Source: Candidatus Latescibacterota bacterium (GTDB taxonomy: Bacteria > Latescibacterota > UBA2968). From it: a stretch of DNA of 64,000 nucleotides. Positions 1 to 9,584 of this stretch are shown in pieces. Made by a program: the position numbers and the translations under genes. Numbering within the stretch: position 1 is the first letter of the stretch; the number at the start of each line of letters is the position of its first letter. The stretch lies in the NCBI GenBank assembly GCA_965204375.1, contig OZ241986.1:4480001-4544000 (forward strand), given 5' to 3'. A model generated the notes under the pieces. The model searched no databases. It was not told the origin of the DNA and worked only from the letters and a program-made list of their open reading frames with translations.

Positions 1-540
1 GAAAGCCAGATAAAGGACAAACGCATGGTGGGAACCGCATTCCGGATAATGCCCGGAGACGTGGCATTCAAAGGGGCAGAAATCGCGTTTATCTATCCTC
101 CTGATCATCCCAACATAGACAAGCTCGGCATCTATAAATGGAACGGAAGAAACCACTGGACTTTTGTCGATATGGAGCGCAATTCAAAGCAAGGTACTAT
201 AACGGGAAACGTGCGAAACTTTGGCGTATTTGCATTGCTCGCCGACACTGTACCCCCCAGAATTGCCAGCATAACCCCTGCCAACGGCACAGTACTCACA
301 CAGCGCCAACCCAGAGTTGCAGCTTCTGTGTGGGATACATCTTCGGGTATCTGGCGAGAGAAAGATATGATCATGCGCATCGACGGCAAAGCGCTCATTG
401 TGGAATACGACCCGGAAGAAAATCGCATCTTTGCCAAACCGCGAAAACCCCTGCCTCCCGGATCGCACAAACTGGAAGTTATCATACGCGACATCTGTGG
501 CAATGAATCGCGGCGCACCACCACATTCAGGACCAAATAG
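1..540 (+). CDS. C-terminal part of a protein ending in an Ig-like domain (possibly an M23 peptidase-type envelope protein); 5' end outside window
   Basis: Frame open from base 1; DTVPPRI...P.NG...DTSSGI...G.H.LEV..RD..GN Ig-like (Big) pattern. Confidence 0.55.
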   Translation, partial: ESQIKDKRMVGTAFRIMPGDVAFKGAEIAFIYPPDHPNIDKLGIYKWNGRNHWTFVDMERNSKQGTITGNVRNFGVFALLADTVPPRIASITPANGTVLTQRQPRVAASVWDTSSGIWREKDMIMRIDGKALIVEYDPEENRIFAKPRKPLPPGSHKLEVIIRDICGNESRRTTTFRTK

Positions 541-542
541 CC

Positions 543-1229
543 ATGATGATCCCCCTCAAAGACGAACACCCTTCGGGAAGCGTACCCGTATTGGTGATCG
601 GCATATTGTTGGCCAATGTGGGCATCTTTGCGTACGCCTGGTCATTGGGCGACATCGGATTTCACGTATTTACCGCGCGATATGGGACAATCCCCTTTGA
701 AATCATGCACGGTGTTGACGCAATCTCTCCCACACCCATCCCCCTGTATCTCACGCTATTATCGTCGATGTTTATGCACGGCGGCATATTACATCTGGGC
801 GGCAATATGCTGTATCTGTGGATATTTGGGAACAATATAGAAGCCGCGCTGGGACGTACGCGATTCTTGTTTTTCTATTTATTTTGCGGCGTGATCGCAA
901 CACTATCACATGTGATTTCCGAACCGGAATCCACCATACCGATGGTGGGAGCCAGCGGCGCGATAGCGGGAATATTGGGAGGCTATCTGGCGGCATTTCC
1001 CGGCACGCGAATACTGGTACTCGTATTTTATTTCATCCTCCGCGTACCCGCCCTGATCGTACTCGGCGGATGGTTTGTCATTCAGTTGCTCAACGCCTCA
1101 AGTGCCAGCGGCACAAGCGACGTCGCCTGGTTCGCCCACATTGCCGGATTTGTCGTAGGCTATATACTCATGCGCCAGTGGAAAAACAAAATCCCGGCCA
1201 AAAGAGTATATGAGCAGTGGGAGTATTGA
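543..1229 (+). CDS. Rhomboid family intramembrane serine protease
   Basis: HGGILHLGGNMLYLW, GASGA catalytic Ser motif, AHIAG His motif, multiple TM helices. Confidence 0.93.
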   Translation: MMIPLKDEHPSGSVPVLVIGILLANVGIFAYAWSLGDIGFHVFTARYGTIPFEIMHGVDAISPTPIPLYLTLLSSMFMHGGILHLGGNMLYLWIFGNNIEAALGRTRFLFFYLFCGVIATLSHVISEPESTIPMVGASGAIAGILGGYLAAFPGTRILVLVFYFILRVPALIVLGGWFVIQLLNASSASGTSDVAWFAHIAGFVVGYILMRQWKNKIPAKRVYEQWEY

Positions 1230-1236
1230 AAGCGGA

Positions 1237-1269
1237 TCAGGATGATCGGGATTAAAGGATGATCAGGAT
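1237..1269 (+). repeat. Short degenerate 9-bp tandem repeat (CAGGATGAT-like)
   Basis: caggatgat cgggattaa aggatgat caggat just after the rhomboid stop. Confidence 0.5.
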
Positions 1270-1311
1270 ATTTCTCAGCGGTCAGCAAAGCAGGTGCTGT
1301 ACATAAAAACC

Positions 1312-1344
1312 GTCATTGCGGCATGGTTTTGAGCCGCAATCCAG
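1312..1344 (+). repeat. REP-like palindrome, GTCAT...ATCCAG family, copy 1
   Basis: gtcattgcggc atggttttga gccgcaatccag; same family at 41043, 41232 and 59046 (reverse). Confidence 0.8.
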
Positions 1345-1355
1345 AAGGTTTTTTG

Positions 1356-2618
1356 TCATTCCGCTTGTGAAAGCGTTTCTCCCCACGTTGCAAGGGGAGC
1401 AGCGAGCGCGTCAATAATACATTCTTCGAGTTCTCCCCTATCCTCCAAATCAATTACTGTACTGAGATTCAATTCCCGAGAGACCAAGAACCCCGGTACG
1501 ACATTGAGGCTCTGCCGTTTTGTATTATTGAACTCGGCTTCAATTTTCTCACGATCAGCCGAACGGATAAGATGCTTGCGCTCCCATTTTTTGACCAAGC
1601 GCAATAATTTGTCCCGATCCATTTTCCCATACAACGACCTATACCCATCGGCAAAGTAGTCAAAGTAGTCAAGTGTTTCCCAGGTGGTTTCAGCCCAAAT
1701 CAAGTGCTTGCTCGCAAAGGAGAAATGGAGATTGGGCATGACCTTCCAATCGTTGGACGCTTGCAAGGCAAGAAAAGCATTCTTGTTAACGGTGGCAAAA
1801 AAACGACTGGCCTGTCCGACTGTGTCTGCCGGAGCAAGCTCTACCTTGAGTTTCCCGGATTCCACATGAATCATAATTCTCTCAGCAATTTTATTCGGGC
1901 GAAATAGATAGGCCCCCTTATTATCCTCCCTGCTTTCTATGCGTAACTTCTTGACCAAATCATATACTAGAATGTTTTTCCGCCTACGTAGTGCTTCAGG
2001 TCTCTTACCACAGAGCTTAAAGGTGCGGTAGGGAGTCAATTTAGGATGGACATTTTCCATGAAAGACAAAAAATCGCGAGCAATTCCGCGGGTACAAAAA
2101 CACGCGCGATCAGAGTCGGCATAATTGAACACCCATTCCAGAATCTCCGACCACTCCAAGCATACCGCCGAATCATGTAATCTGATATCGTTAATATCAC
2201 CCCGTAACGAATTTCGGTTCGGCGACAACTGCTCTCTCCACACATTACCATGAGCAAGTTTGTTTTCGATGATCAAGGTCATGCGATCTGGATACTCAAT
2301 AATCCCATCGTATATGGGATCACGCTCTGACCACTCAACCCTTATTGTCTCTTGAATTAGGCTATCGGTAAGTAAAACAGAAACAAAGGGACTGGTAGAA
2401 GATTCAATCCACTTAGTCTGCGTTGAGACGTTCACTGGTTCCCAAGTATTGTTGTAATGCCGGAGTTCGGGAGGTAGCCGAGATTCTATCAGTTCACGCA
2501 GAAAGTTCTGTAAGAACGAATCGTATCTGAGAAATACCAGAAATGCCCAGGTCAAGCGATCTTCATGATGCCTAGACCGTGAATCAAAGGGATTAAACAG
2601 GTTTATGCGGTTCATCAT
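1356..2618 (-). CDS. Hypothetical protein with N-terminal PD-(D/E)XK nuclease-like domain
   Basis: HEDRLTWAFL...YDGIIE...LIIENK matches the E..D..ExK nuclease core; 420 aa. Confidence 0.6.
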   Translation of the reverse strand: MMNRINLFNPFDSRSRHHEDRLTWAFLVFLRYDSFLQNFLRELIESRLPPELRHYNNTWEPVNVSTQTKWIESSTSPFVSVLLTDSLIQETIRVEWSERDPIYDGIIEYPDRMTLIIENKLAHGNVWREQLSPNRNSLRGDINDIRLHDSAVCLEWSEILEWVFNYADSDRACFCTRGIARDFLSFMENVHPKLTPYRTFKLCGKRPEALRRRKNILVYDLVKKLRIESREDNKGAYLFRPNKIAERIMIHVESGKLKVELAPADTVGQASRFFATVNKNAFLALQASNDWKVMPNLHFSFASKHLIWAETTWETLDYFDYFADGYRSLYGKMDRDKLLRLVKKWERKHLIRSADREKIEAEFNNTKRQSLNVVPGFLVSRELNLSTVIDLEDRGELEECIIDALAAPLATWGETLSQAE

Positions 2619-2694
2619 TTATTTTTCCTAAAAAATTGTGAAATTTTTTATAAATTCAACGCTTGAGCAGAATTGTCGTCCGATGCAGTCCTGA

Positions 2695-3804
2695 TTAGAC
2701 TCCTTTTTCTTTTAAGCTTAGACGCTTTTTGAACTCACTCATTACATCCTCTGGTGACGGAATCTCGCCGCCAGAATCAATAAATAGTGTCGCAAGTGCC
2801 GCAATGTATAGTTCACCAAGTGCAACAGTGAGCGTAGTGGCGGTAGTTGCTGAAATCGCTCCTCCGGCGAAAGTGCCTGCAGCAGGAACGATCTTCAACA
2901 GATTGGCAACGATAGCCCGACCAGCAAAAGTAGCACCTGTTGTACCAGCCATAGTTGCAACGAGAGTGCTAAGGAAGGCGGCAGAGAGTTCCAGCCCGAA
3001 GGCAGACGATATACTGGCAAGCATTCCAATCTGAATGGGGATTAGGAGCGCTGCATCAGCAAATGGTATAGGTGCTGCGCCTGTCGCACCTGCCGCTACT
3101 GCCGCTGCAATGACAATCTTGTGTGCTTCACTCTTTTTCTTTTCGACCGACGCCTTTTGAGCAGCCGCAAATGCACGCCGAACAGCGTCCGGAATTACCT
3201 CCATCGTCAATTCCACAAGCTCAATCAAACCCATTGGTGGAATAACATGGCCATCGTCTAATTTCTCAGCTAAAGCGCGAACCCGGACAACATTTTTTGT
3301 CTCTGGTAGAAGGCGCTGAACTTCATCTCTAAAGCCCTGGTCAGCGCGTGCTTTTGTGATGACACCAATGACTGGCATATGGTTTGCCAAGGTCTTATGA
3401 AGCTCAATCTCTGCCTCTTCGACGCGCCTGCCATCTTCATGAATGCACAACCATGCAACGTGGATATGCCTTTTAAAGTCTGTTTCTCCTGCACGTGAGA
3501 TTACAAGTTGCTCCAGTTCATCTATGGTTTCTTTAAAATCTTTCAATTCCAGCCCTCTGGTATCCCATATCGCCAATGGAATACCTTCTTTTGTTATCTC
3601 ACGAGTAAATTGGGTAACCGGACGTCCTTGCCCTGTACTGGCCATCTTTCCTTGAAATATCTCATTTATCAATGTGCTTTTCCCGACGCCAGTGCGACCA
3701 GCAATCAGAACATTAACCTGGCCGAGTTCTCCTCTGGTTTTTTTTAATGCCTCTTCAATCATCTCCGCTATGTTTAAATCTGAAAAGTCCTTTGGGCGTG
3801 TCAT
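2695..3804 (-). CDS. TRAFAC GTPase (MMR_HSR1/YcjF-like) with hydrophobic DUF697-like C-terminus
   Basis: G1 GRTGVGKST, G3 DTRG, G4 TKAR; APIPFADAALL..IQ motif; AAGGAG RBS before ATG at 3804. Confidence 0.85.
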   Translation of the reverse strand: MTRPKDFSDLNIAEMIEEALKKTRGELGQVNVLIAGRTGVGKSTLINEIFQGKMASTGQGRPVTQFTREITKEGIPLAIWDTRGLELKDFKETIDELEQLVISRAGETDFKRHIHVAWLCIHEDGRRVEEAEIELHKTLANHMPVIGVITKARADQGFRDEVQRLLPETKNVVRVRALAEKLDDGHVIPPMGLIELVELTMEVIPDAVRRAFAAAQKASVEKKKSEAHKIVIAAAVAAGATGAAPIPFADAALLIPIQIGMLASISSAFGLELSAAFLSTLVATMAGTTGATFAGRAIVANLLKIVPAAGTFAGGAISATTATTLTVALGELYIAALATLFIDSGGEIPSPEDVMSEFKKRLSLKEKGV

Positions 3805-4158
3805 TGGATATTTCTCCTTAATAAACGTCATATGTGACTTCAAATCGACCAAGTTTAGGTTGTGCAATTAGACACACGTTTGCGTTAGTATAAAAAAAAT
3901 ATATATCATGTGCAACTTTGAAATTGTAAAACATCATACCATCGCTGTCTGGATCAATGGCCTTCACCAATGCATGCCATCGAACTCTGGTCCTGAGACA
4001 GGACCGATAAGACATCCGTGTAAAGACTTGTATAAGATTGTAAATCAAAAAATTTCAAATGATGTTTCTATTTAGAGTCAAAGAGGTTTCCAGACACCAG
4101 CTATGTTCAGCTATCTATATGAAAATGCCTCATATAGAGTGTCGCAGGTTAATCTCTA

Positions 4159-7100
4159 CTAATCATAAAAAATATCACGCTCAGCCTCACGCTCCGCTTC
4201 TCGTTCGTATCTTTCGGCAAATTCTCGCATAGCATCCGCAAAACGCGAATAGCCCTTAGAGCGAATAGCCTTAGCTTTGTCATGATTTAGCTGTGCAAGT
4301 TCGCGTTCCTCTCTTCCAGCAGTATAGCTATAAACGCCTCTTTGATTAAACAACTCCGTAGTGAACCCCGAGCGCATCTCTTCCGCATCCCTACCATCCA
4401 GCACCGAAGCGACAGCCTCGTGAATCCAAAGTCCATCAGGGCCATCAAGATCAGCGGGTGCATGTGTTAATATATGACCAATCTGAAGTTGTGCCACCTC
4501 CCCGTGTCCTGTCTCTTCAGTAATTCTCCTGGCCTCGTTTATCCAAGTGTTAAAGGCATCGACATCCAGCGTACCGTCGGGCAGAGTCCCAGGACACTTT
4601 TTCCACTCTCTCAGTAAATTATATGCGTTGCGGCCAAAATTCTGCTTTTGTTCATCCGGTTCAACATCTTCCTCTTCATCGTTCTTTGAATGAAAAACAA
4701 TCTTCACAATTTCTGCAAAGAAAGCTGGGTCTGAAGCAAGGTGTTTCTCAAGTGTAATTGGAGAACCGGAGGAGAACCGGTCTAACCAGGGTAAAAAGTG
4801 CCATTCGATTTTGAATAAGGCATCCTGGTCGGTATCTGGCGATTTTTGAAGGCGTTTGATTAATTCGACTGTAGTGTAGTAGTCCAACTGGTCAGGGGCC
4901 GACGAGGCTTCGAGCAAGGCTAACAATGCCTCTGTAGCAAGACTCACGTCGAACTGGTTATCGTATATCGCAGTTCTCGAAATACACTCGACGGCAGCAT
5001 TTGCTCGCCCATATTTGAGGAATTTTTGGATCGCAATCGTCGGATTTTGGTCAAAGCCTACTCTCGTCTTCTGCCAATAGAGCTTCTCATTTTGTTTGCC
5101 CAAATGTACGGAAACCCTATGCCAGACTTTTTCCTCAAAAGGCAAGAGCATGAGGAATGTAGCTTTTTGTTCTGCATTCCAATTTCTTTTAAGAACAGCG
5201 TCAACCCAGGTCCACTTAAGTTCTCGATACCGCATCCACACGAAGCCAGCTACAACCTGCCTCATCGTTTCATCCTCAGTATTCAGTTGCGTCGGTAGAA
5301 TCTCGTCCTCTACCTCCGTCGGGGCTATAACACCCAGCGCTCGTCCAACCTCATAGGGTGCCGGTACGCTTTGTGCAAACGCCAGTACGGCAGGCAAACC
5401 TCCCGTTTCAAAGATAGTTTTCACAGCAGACTGGCGGGCTTCGTCAAGACGTTTTTGTTGTTCGTCATAATCACTATTTTCGTCGAATAGATCGAAATCC
5501 CGATCACTAAAAAGATAGTGATACTTTAACTCCGGGGCTTGCGGCACCAACGCATTCGCGGTCTCTTCAATTTTTTTAACTACTTCCTCAGGAAGTGCCC
5601 AATCAGCGTCAGAAAACCTTCGGTGGTGTCGCACTAAACTTTCGAGTTTCTCCCAAATCGGGAGTCGTTCAGCCTCGGGTAATGCCACAACTTCTTCTGA
5701 TGTGAGATGGAGAAGAATTCTCTCCTGAGCAGGCTCTGACAAATCCGAAAGACGGTTTATCAGTTCACCTAATTTCTCAGTATCTTTCTTTCCGAGATCA
5801 ATCGCAAGTTCAGTGTAGGCTGTGATCTGTTCCCAATACTCGCTCAGGAGGACACTATTCTTCCAGTCGCGAGGAATATATTCTTGCCAGGTAGGACGAT
5901 GGCATCCGCTTGTAAATTCATGACTATGTGGTAAGAGAGATAAAAGCAGATGCCAGCCGATCAGCGGTTGTTCACGGAGCACAGTTTTAACCGCAGTCTT
6001 TCGTTCCTCAAAGGAGGCTACTGTCTGCACAAGCCACGGTATGAAGATGGTGGCTAACGAATTGGCGGGACGATTCCCCCAGTTTCCGCCCGGATCAATT
6101 GATGCAAGATCGGCAAGGATCAGCGCCACCCGCGACAGGTAATCGGGGTTCCAGACCAATCCTTCAAGTGCCCACAGAAGACCACTTATGTAAGTTCCAC
6201 CGTCAAAACTACCACTTCCTTCTTGAGCAAAAATCTCATGAAACGGAGTATTCTTCAGATCGACCAGAGCCAATTCGACCGCTTTGAGAAACTCGTCAGG
6301 CGCAGCTTCTGCCAGCAATGGTAAAAGCAAATCCAAGCTACTCCATTGGTCCCAACTTGCGTTGCGCAGCAAGCATCGAACAACACGATTAGCCGTGTTT
6401 TCAGCTTTATGGAGCGAACAAGAAGAAAGAAATTTTGGCCGACTCCCGACTAATGCGAGTGTTTCAGCAAGACCTTCTCTCAAAAGGCTGGAGTGTTTCA
6501 GGGTTTTGTTATGAATAGCGGCGGCGTATCGTTCTTCTTTCGGTAAGTCGAACTGTGGGTCCCGTTCTCCCAACACGACAACTGCAGTCTCTTCAAGCCT
6601 ATCCAGATCGTCATCCGTGATGCGATTGCCCAGTGCGTTCCACGCTTCACCACGCGCAACGAACCGCCACTTCTCATCGGATTGAATCAGGGGAGAGTCC
6701 GAGCGAATTACATCAGGTCTCAGAGTCTCGATCCACTCCCCGTATCCTTTTCCCTGCAACATCTCCAAAGCAGACCGATCCGCCTGATTTTTTGCATCCC
6801 ATTTTCCAGCAAGCCCGGCTTGTGCAAACCGATCTGCATTTTCCCAGTTCGCATACGGAGGCAGTGTCCCAAGGCCCTGTAAATGTCTCCTCAGAGCGGA
6901 AAGTCTATCTCCTCCTGCTCTCGCCAGTTCTTGAGCACGAATCTCTGGATATCCTGCTTCATTAAGTACTGCCTCGATCTGCGATTGCGTCGGGCTTCGT
7001 AGTTTGATGATTTCAGGGTTGTTGCCTGACCAAGCCCCACATAGTGGAATGATTACAGCATGTCCCTTCTGTCGGGCTTTTGACAGAAGGTGGGATCCCG

Positions 7101-7977
7101 CATCGGTCTCCAGTCCGAGCTGCGGATCAGCTACCAATACATGTGATGTTCGTAACTCCACGACGCTTAGCCAAGCGTCCTCTTCGTTGATGTAAAGACA
7201 TCGGTTGGTGTAGTTTTGCGCCATCTCCAGATCTATTGTCTCAAGATATGCCGCAACAAAATCGGCTACATCTTGACGGCTCTCGGCAAACAATAGCAGT
7301 GGCGTTTGAGATGTGTCTTCAAACAATTTTTGTAAGGCTTCGTAAGCATTGTCGCGGCCTAACGTGAATAACTTAGCAGGCAAGGGCGGATCGCTTTTGT
7401 CGCCTTCCAAACATATCAGATCCCAATGCTCAGATGGGGTAGTAATTGCGCCTAAATTGGAGGCAATGCCGATTTTTTTCGCTATCCACCTACCGATAGC
7501 TGGAAACTCTCTAACCCAATCGGCGAGTTTATCGCCGTCAATAATGTGAATCCGTTTCCAGCCTCTATCTTTTCTTTTTTCCTTCCATCTTGTTTGTCCA
7601 GGCTCATTCCATCCACCGGAAGCAGAAGATCGTGGCGTCACAAAAACAAATGATGCCTGTGATCGATCTGCCTTGGTAATCGCCGCTGTTCTTTTCTTAA
7701 AGTCCTCAGTCGCCTTGTTCTGCGGGTTTCTCTCTGTACTGATCTCCCAATACGATTTTCCTTTCGGAACGAATTCAAGAAACGACTCTTCGATTTCGAC
7801 GATCCCATCCCAACCCGGCTGATTAACCTTATCCCCGTAAGGAATGCGGCAAACATAGGGCGGCGGCTCCGATTGTTTCACAAGCCAATAGATCAATTCT
7901 GGGATAACTGCCTCGCTATCTCGAGTATCCGAGTATCGATCCAAATCGTTGACCGTAACGATATGGGTATGATCCAT
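4159..7977 (-). CDS. Large putative defence protein: restriction-endonuclease-like N-domain, degenerate NTPase-like region, ~900-aa helical body
   Basis: PGWDGIVE...WEIST...KATEDFKKRT nuclease-like motif; paralogous to 53570..56893; GAGGA RBS before ATG at 7977. Confidence 0.7.
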   Translation of the reverse strand: MDHTHIVTVNDLDRYSDTRDSEAVIPELIYWLVKQSEPPPYVCRIPYGDKVNQPGWDGIVEIEESFLEFVPKGKSYWEISTERNPQNKATEDFKKRTAAITKADRSQASFVFVTPRSSASGGWNEPGQTRWKEKRKDRGWKRIHIIDGDKLADWVREFPAIGRWIAKKIGIASNLGAITTPSEHWDLICLEGDKSDPPLPAKLFTLGRDNAYEALQKLFEDTSQTPLLLFAESRQDVADFVAAYLETIDLEMAQNYTNRCLYINEEDAWLSVVELRTSHVLVADPQLGLETDAGSHLLSKARQKGHAVIIPLCGAWSGNNPEIIKLRSPTQSQIEAVLNEAGYPEIRAQELARAGGDRLSALRRHLQGLGTLPPYANWENADRFAQAGLAGKWDAKNQADRSALEMLQGKGYGEWIETLRPDVIRSDSPLIQSDEKWRFVARGEAWNALGNRITDDDLDRLEETAVVVLGERDPQFDLPKEERYAAAIHNKTLKHSSLLREGLAETLALVGSRPKFLSSCSLHKAENTANRVVRCLLRNASWDQWSSLDLLLPLLAEAAPDEFLKAVELALVDLKNTPFHEIFAQEGSGSFDGGTYISGLLWALEGLVWNPDYLSRVALILADLASIDPGGNWGNRPANSLATIFIPWLVQTVASFEERKTAVKTVLREQPLIGWHLLLSLLPHSHEFTSGCHRPTWQEYIPRDWKNSVLLSEYWEQITAYTELAIDLGKKDTEKLGELINRLSDLSEPAQERILLHLTSEEVVALPEAERLPIWEKLESLVRHHRRFSDADWALPEEVVKKIEETANALVPQAPELKYHYLFSDRDFDLFDENSDYDEQQKRLDEARQSAVKTIFETGGLPAVLAFAQSVPAPYEVGRALGVIAPTEVEDEILPTQLNTEDETMRQVVAGFVWMRYRELKWTWVDAVLKRNWNAEQKATFLMLLPFEEKVWHRVSVHLGKQNEKLYWQKTRVGFDQNPTIAIQKFLKYGRANAAVECISRTAIYDNQFDVSLATEALLALLEASSAPDQLDYYTTVELIKRLQKSPDTDQDALFKIEWHFLPWLDRFSSGSPITLEKHLASDPAFFAEIVKIVFHSKNDEEEDVEPDEQKQNFGRNAYNLLREWKKCPGTLPDGTLDVDAFNTWINEARRITEETGHGEVAQLQIGHILTHAPADLDGPDGLWIHEAVASVLDGRDAEEMRSGFTTELFNQRGVYSYTAGREERELAQLNHDKAKAIRSKGYSRFADAMREFAERYEREAEREAERDIFYD

Positions 7978-7989
7978 CTTGTCCTCTAT

Positions 7990-8070
7990 TGGTTGTAACT
8001 TAACGACCATTGCCCCTTACTCAGATTTGGGTGGCAACGGAATATCGAACTATTTTCATTTGCCCAATTC
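7990..8070 (-). pseudogene. hsdS (type I R-M specificity subunit) relic
   Basis: Translates as K*K*FDIPLPPKSE*GAMVVKL, resembling the conserved HsdS IPLPP..EQ..IV.KL motif with stops. Confidence 0.55.
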
Positions 8071-8151
8071 AGGGTTTCTTTTTGTGCATATAAAACCGTT
8101 TTCAGGCGCAATTGTATTCATCTATGACATCGAGGAAAACGTAACGTATTT

Positions 8152-8275
8152 TCATAAAGATTCAAGCAATTTTTGTGTGTTTTTATCGGACCAGCTCAAT
8201 TGTTGCGACAGCGTAGCAACTATTTCTCCTTTTGGAATGACGACTTTTACGCGAAGGTTGCGGTTGATGGCTGGA
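8152..8275 (-). pseudogene. DUF1016/YhcG N-terminal fragment
   Basis: RNLR...P..EIVATLSQQLSWS is the DUF1016_N motif; ORF stops shortly after. Confidence 0.6.
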
Positions 8276-8558
8276 ATTGGCGCATCAGATTGAGTTACTT
8301 CTTTGATTCCGCTGGATTGCGGCTCAAAATCATGCCGCAATGACAATCGCAAGATCAATATGAACAGCCTTTTTTCCCGCGATGCAGTAATTTCTAATAA
8401 AAAAGGGATGCGGATAGGTTCGCATCCCTTTGTCAATACAATCTTTATGGTTGGATACCGGATTGGGCGAGTTCGAGGAGGTCAAGCGGTGCGCTCACAA
8501 AACTCGTGCTGGAGAGGTTGTTTGAGAGGACTCAAGGGCAGAATGTGAGGCCAGTTCA

Positions 8559-8583
8559 ATTGTCGTATCAGTGATACGACAAT
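8559..8583. promoter_or_regulatory. Perfect 25-bp palindrome, putative repressor operator
   Basis: ATTGTCGTATCA G TGATACGACAAT (12-bp arms, 1-nt centre). Confidence 0.55.
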
Positions 8584-8710
8584 CTAGGAACCACACCAGA
8601 CGATTATTAAAAAATCAGAAAGGTGAGTGTAAAAGCAAAAAGACCTGTAGGCACAAAAGTCTGTACTATATTTTTTTAGGGACCTTACGCTTACAGGCTT
8701 ATTGGTAAGT

Positions 8711-8736
8711 AAAAAGGCTACCTTGTTCGGTAGCCT
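8711..8736 (-). terminator. Intrinsic terminator at left end of cassette
   Basis: Stem AGGCTACC/GGTAGCCT, 6-nt loop, T-run on minus strand. Confidence 0.7.
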
Positions 8737-8989
8737 ATTTGTTAAGTAAATCAAACATTTTATCGAAGAGCATTTTGATAATGCTTAGTAGTCCTACAAC
8801 AACCACGAAAATTACGCCTATTGTCCCTCCGTAGATCCAATTCTTTATTTTTTGGACCTCTTCTCTCGTGGCAAAATAATTGGTAAGTGTTTCTAGGGAG
8901 GTCAGGCGACGTTCGGTCTCAAGTTCTACACTTCTAGGGGCAGTCCGATTATCAGGATTATCAGGATTTGAGGAACTACTTTTATCCAC
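8735..8989 (-). CDS. Small coiled-coil protein with single C-terminal TM helix
   Basis: GTG start at 8989 with GGAGGG RBS, overlaps upstream stop; RLTSLET..FATREEV then hydrophobic helix. Confidence 0.7.
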   Translation of the reverse strand: MDKSSSSNPDNPDNRTAPRSVELETERRLTSLETLTNYFATREEVQKIKNWIYGGTIGVIFVVVVGLLSIIKMLFDKMFDLLNK

Positions 8990-9314
8990 GACCTTCCCTC
9001 CGTGCTTCAGCTCTATCCATCCAGTCCCATATAGTCCTATAACTATAACCAGAATAACTGCCATTTAACTTAAAGACAATACCATTAGCACCTTCAATAC
9101 GATTCGTTCCTTTAAGCCCTATGGAAGTTGCTACTTCATCTGAAATTTCTGTACTTGAAATAAGAAAACAATTATCTGCTATTCGGCAATAATCGTGGTA
9201 TGTATTCGCAATCTTCACTTTAACAGCTTCTTGGTTTGTTTCTGCTAAAATAATGACAAACGTGCTCCAATCTTTTTCAGATAGTAATATTCTCTCTAAT
9301 TGGCTTCTGTCCAT
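8982..9314 (-). CDS. Small putative ferredoxin-like (Cas2/VapD-like) protein
   Basis: GGAG-type RBS; C-terminal G.VFKL..SYSGY....WDWM motif shared with 49449..49751. Confidence 0.6.
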   Translation of the reverse strand: MDRSQLERILLSEKDWSTFVIILAETNQEAVKVKIANTYHDYCRIADNCFLISSTEISDEVATSIGLKGTNRIEGANGIVFKLNGSYSGYSYRTIWDWMDRAEARREGRG

Positions 9315-9421
9315 CTCCTATCTCCTCGCTCCATTTTTGACATCATGTCTTGTTTTGAAATGCTATTATAATATAAAGAAAACAGGGGACAATACAAATC
9401 GCCCTCGTTAATCACTCGATT

Positions 9422-9584
9422 TTACTCAGCTTCATCTCTCTCGGCACGCATTAGGGCGAAATACTCAAAAGGATACGATCTATTTGAAGTTGCAGAAATT
9501 ACGCTGAAATCAGTGGCTAAGAAGCCATTTGAGCCGTGTATATCTAACTGCTCTTTCAGGTCTTCAGGACTTGTAGCTCTCACC
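9422..9584 (-). pseudogene. 3' fragment of a small protein truncated by IS256
   Basis: VRATSPEDLKEQLDIHGSNGFLATDFSV...YFALMRAERDEAE* runs up to the IS left end. Confidence 0.5.
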
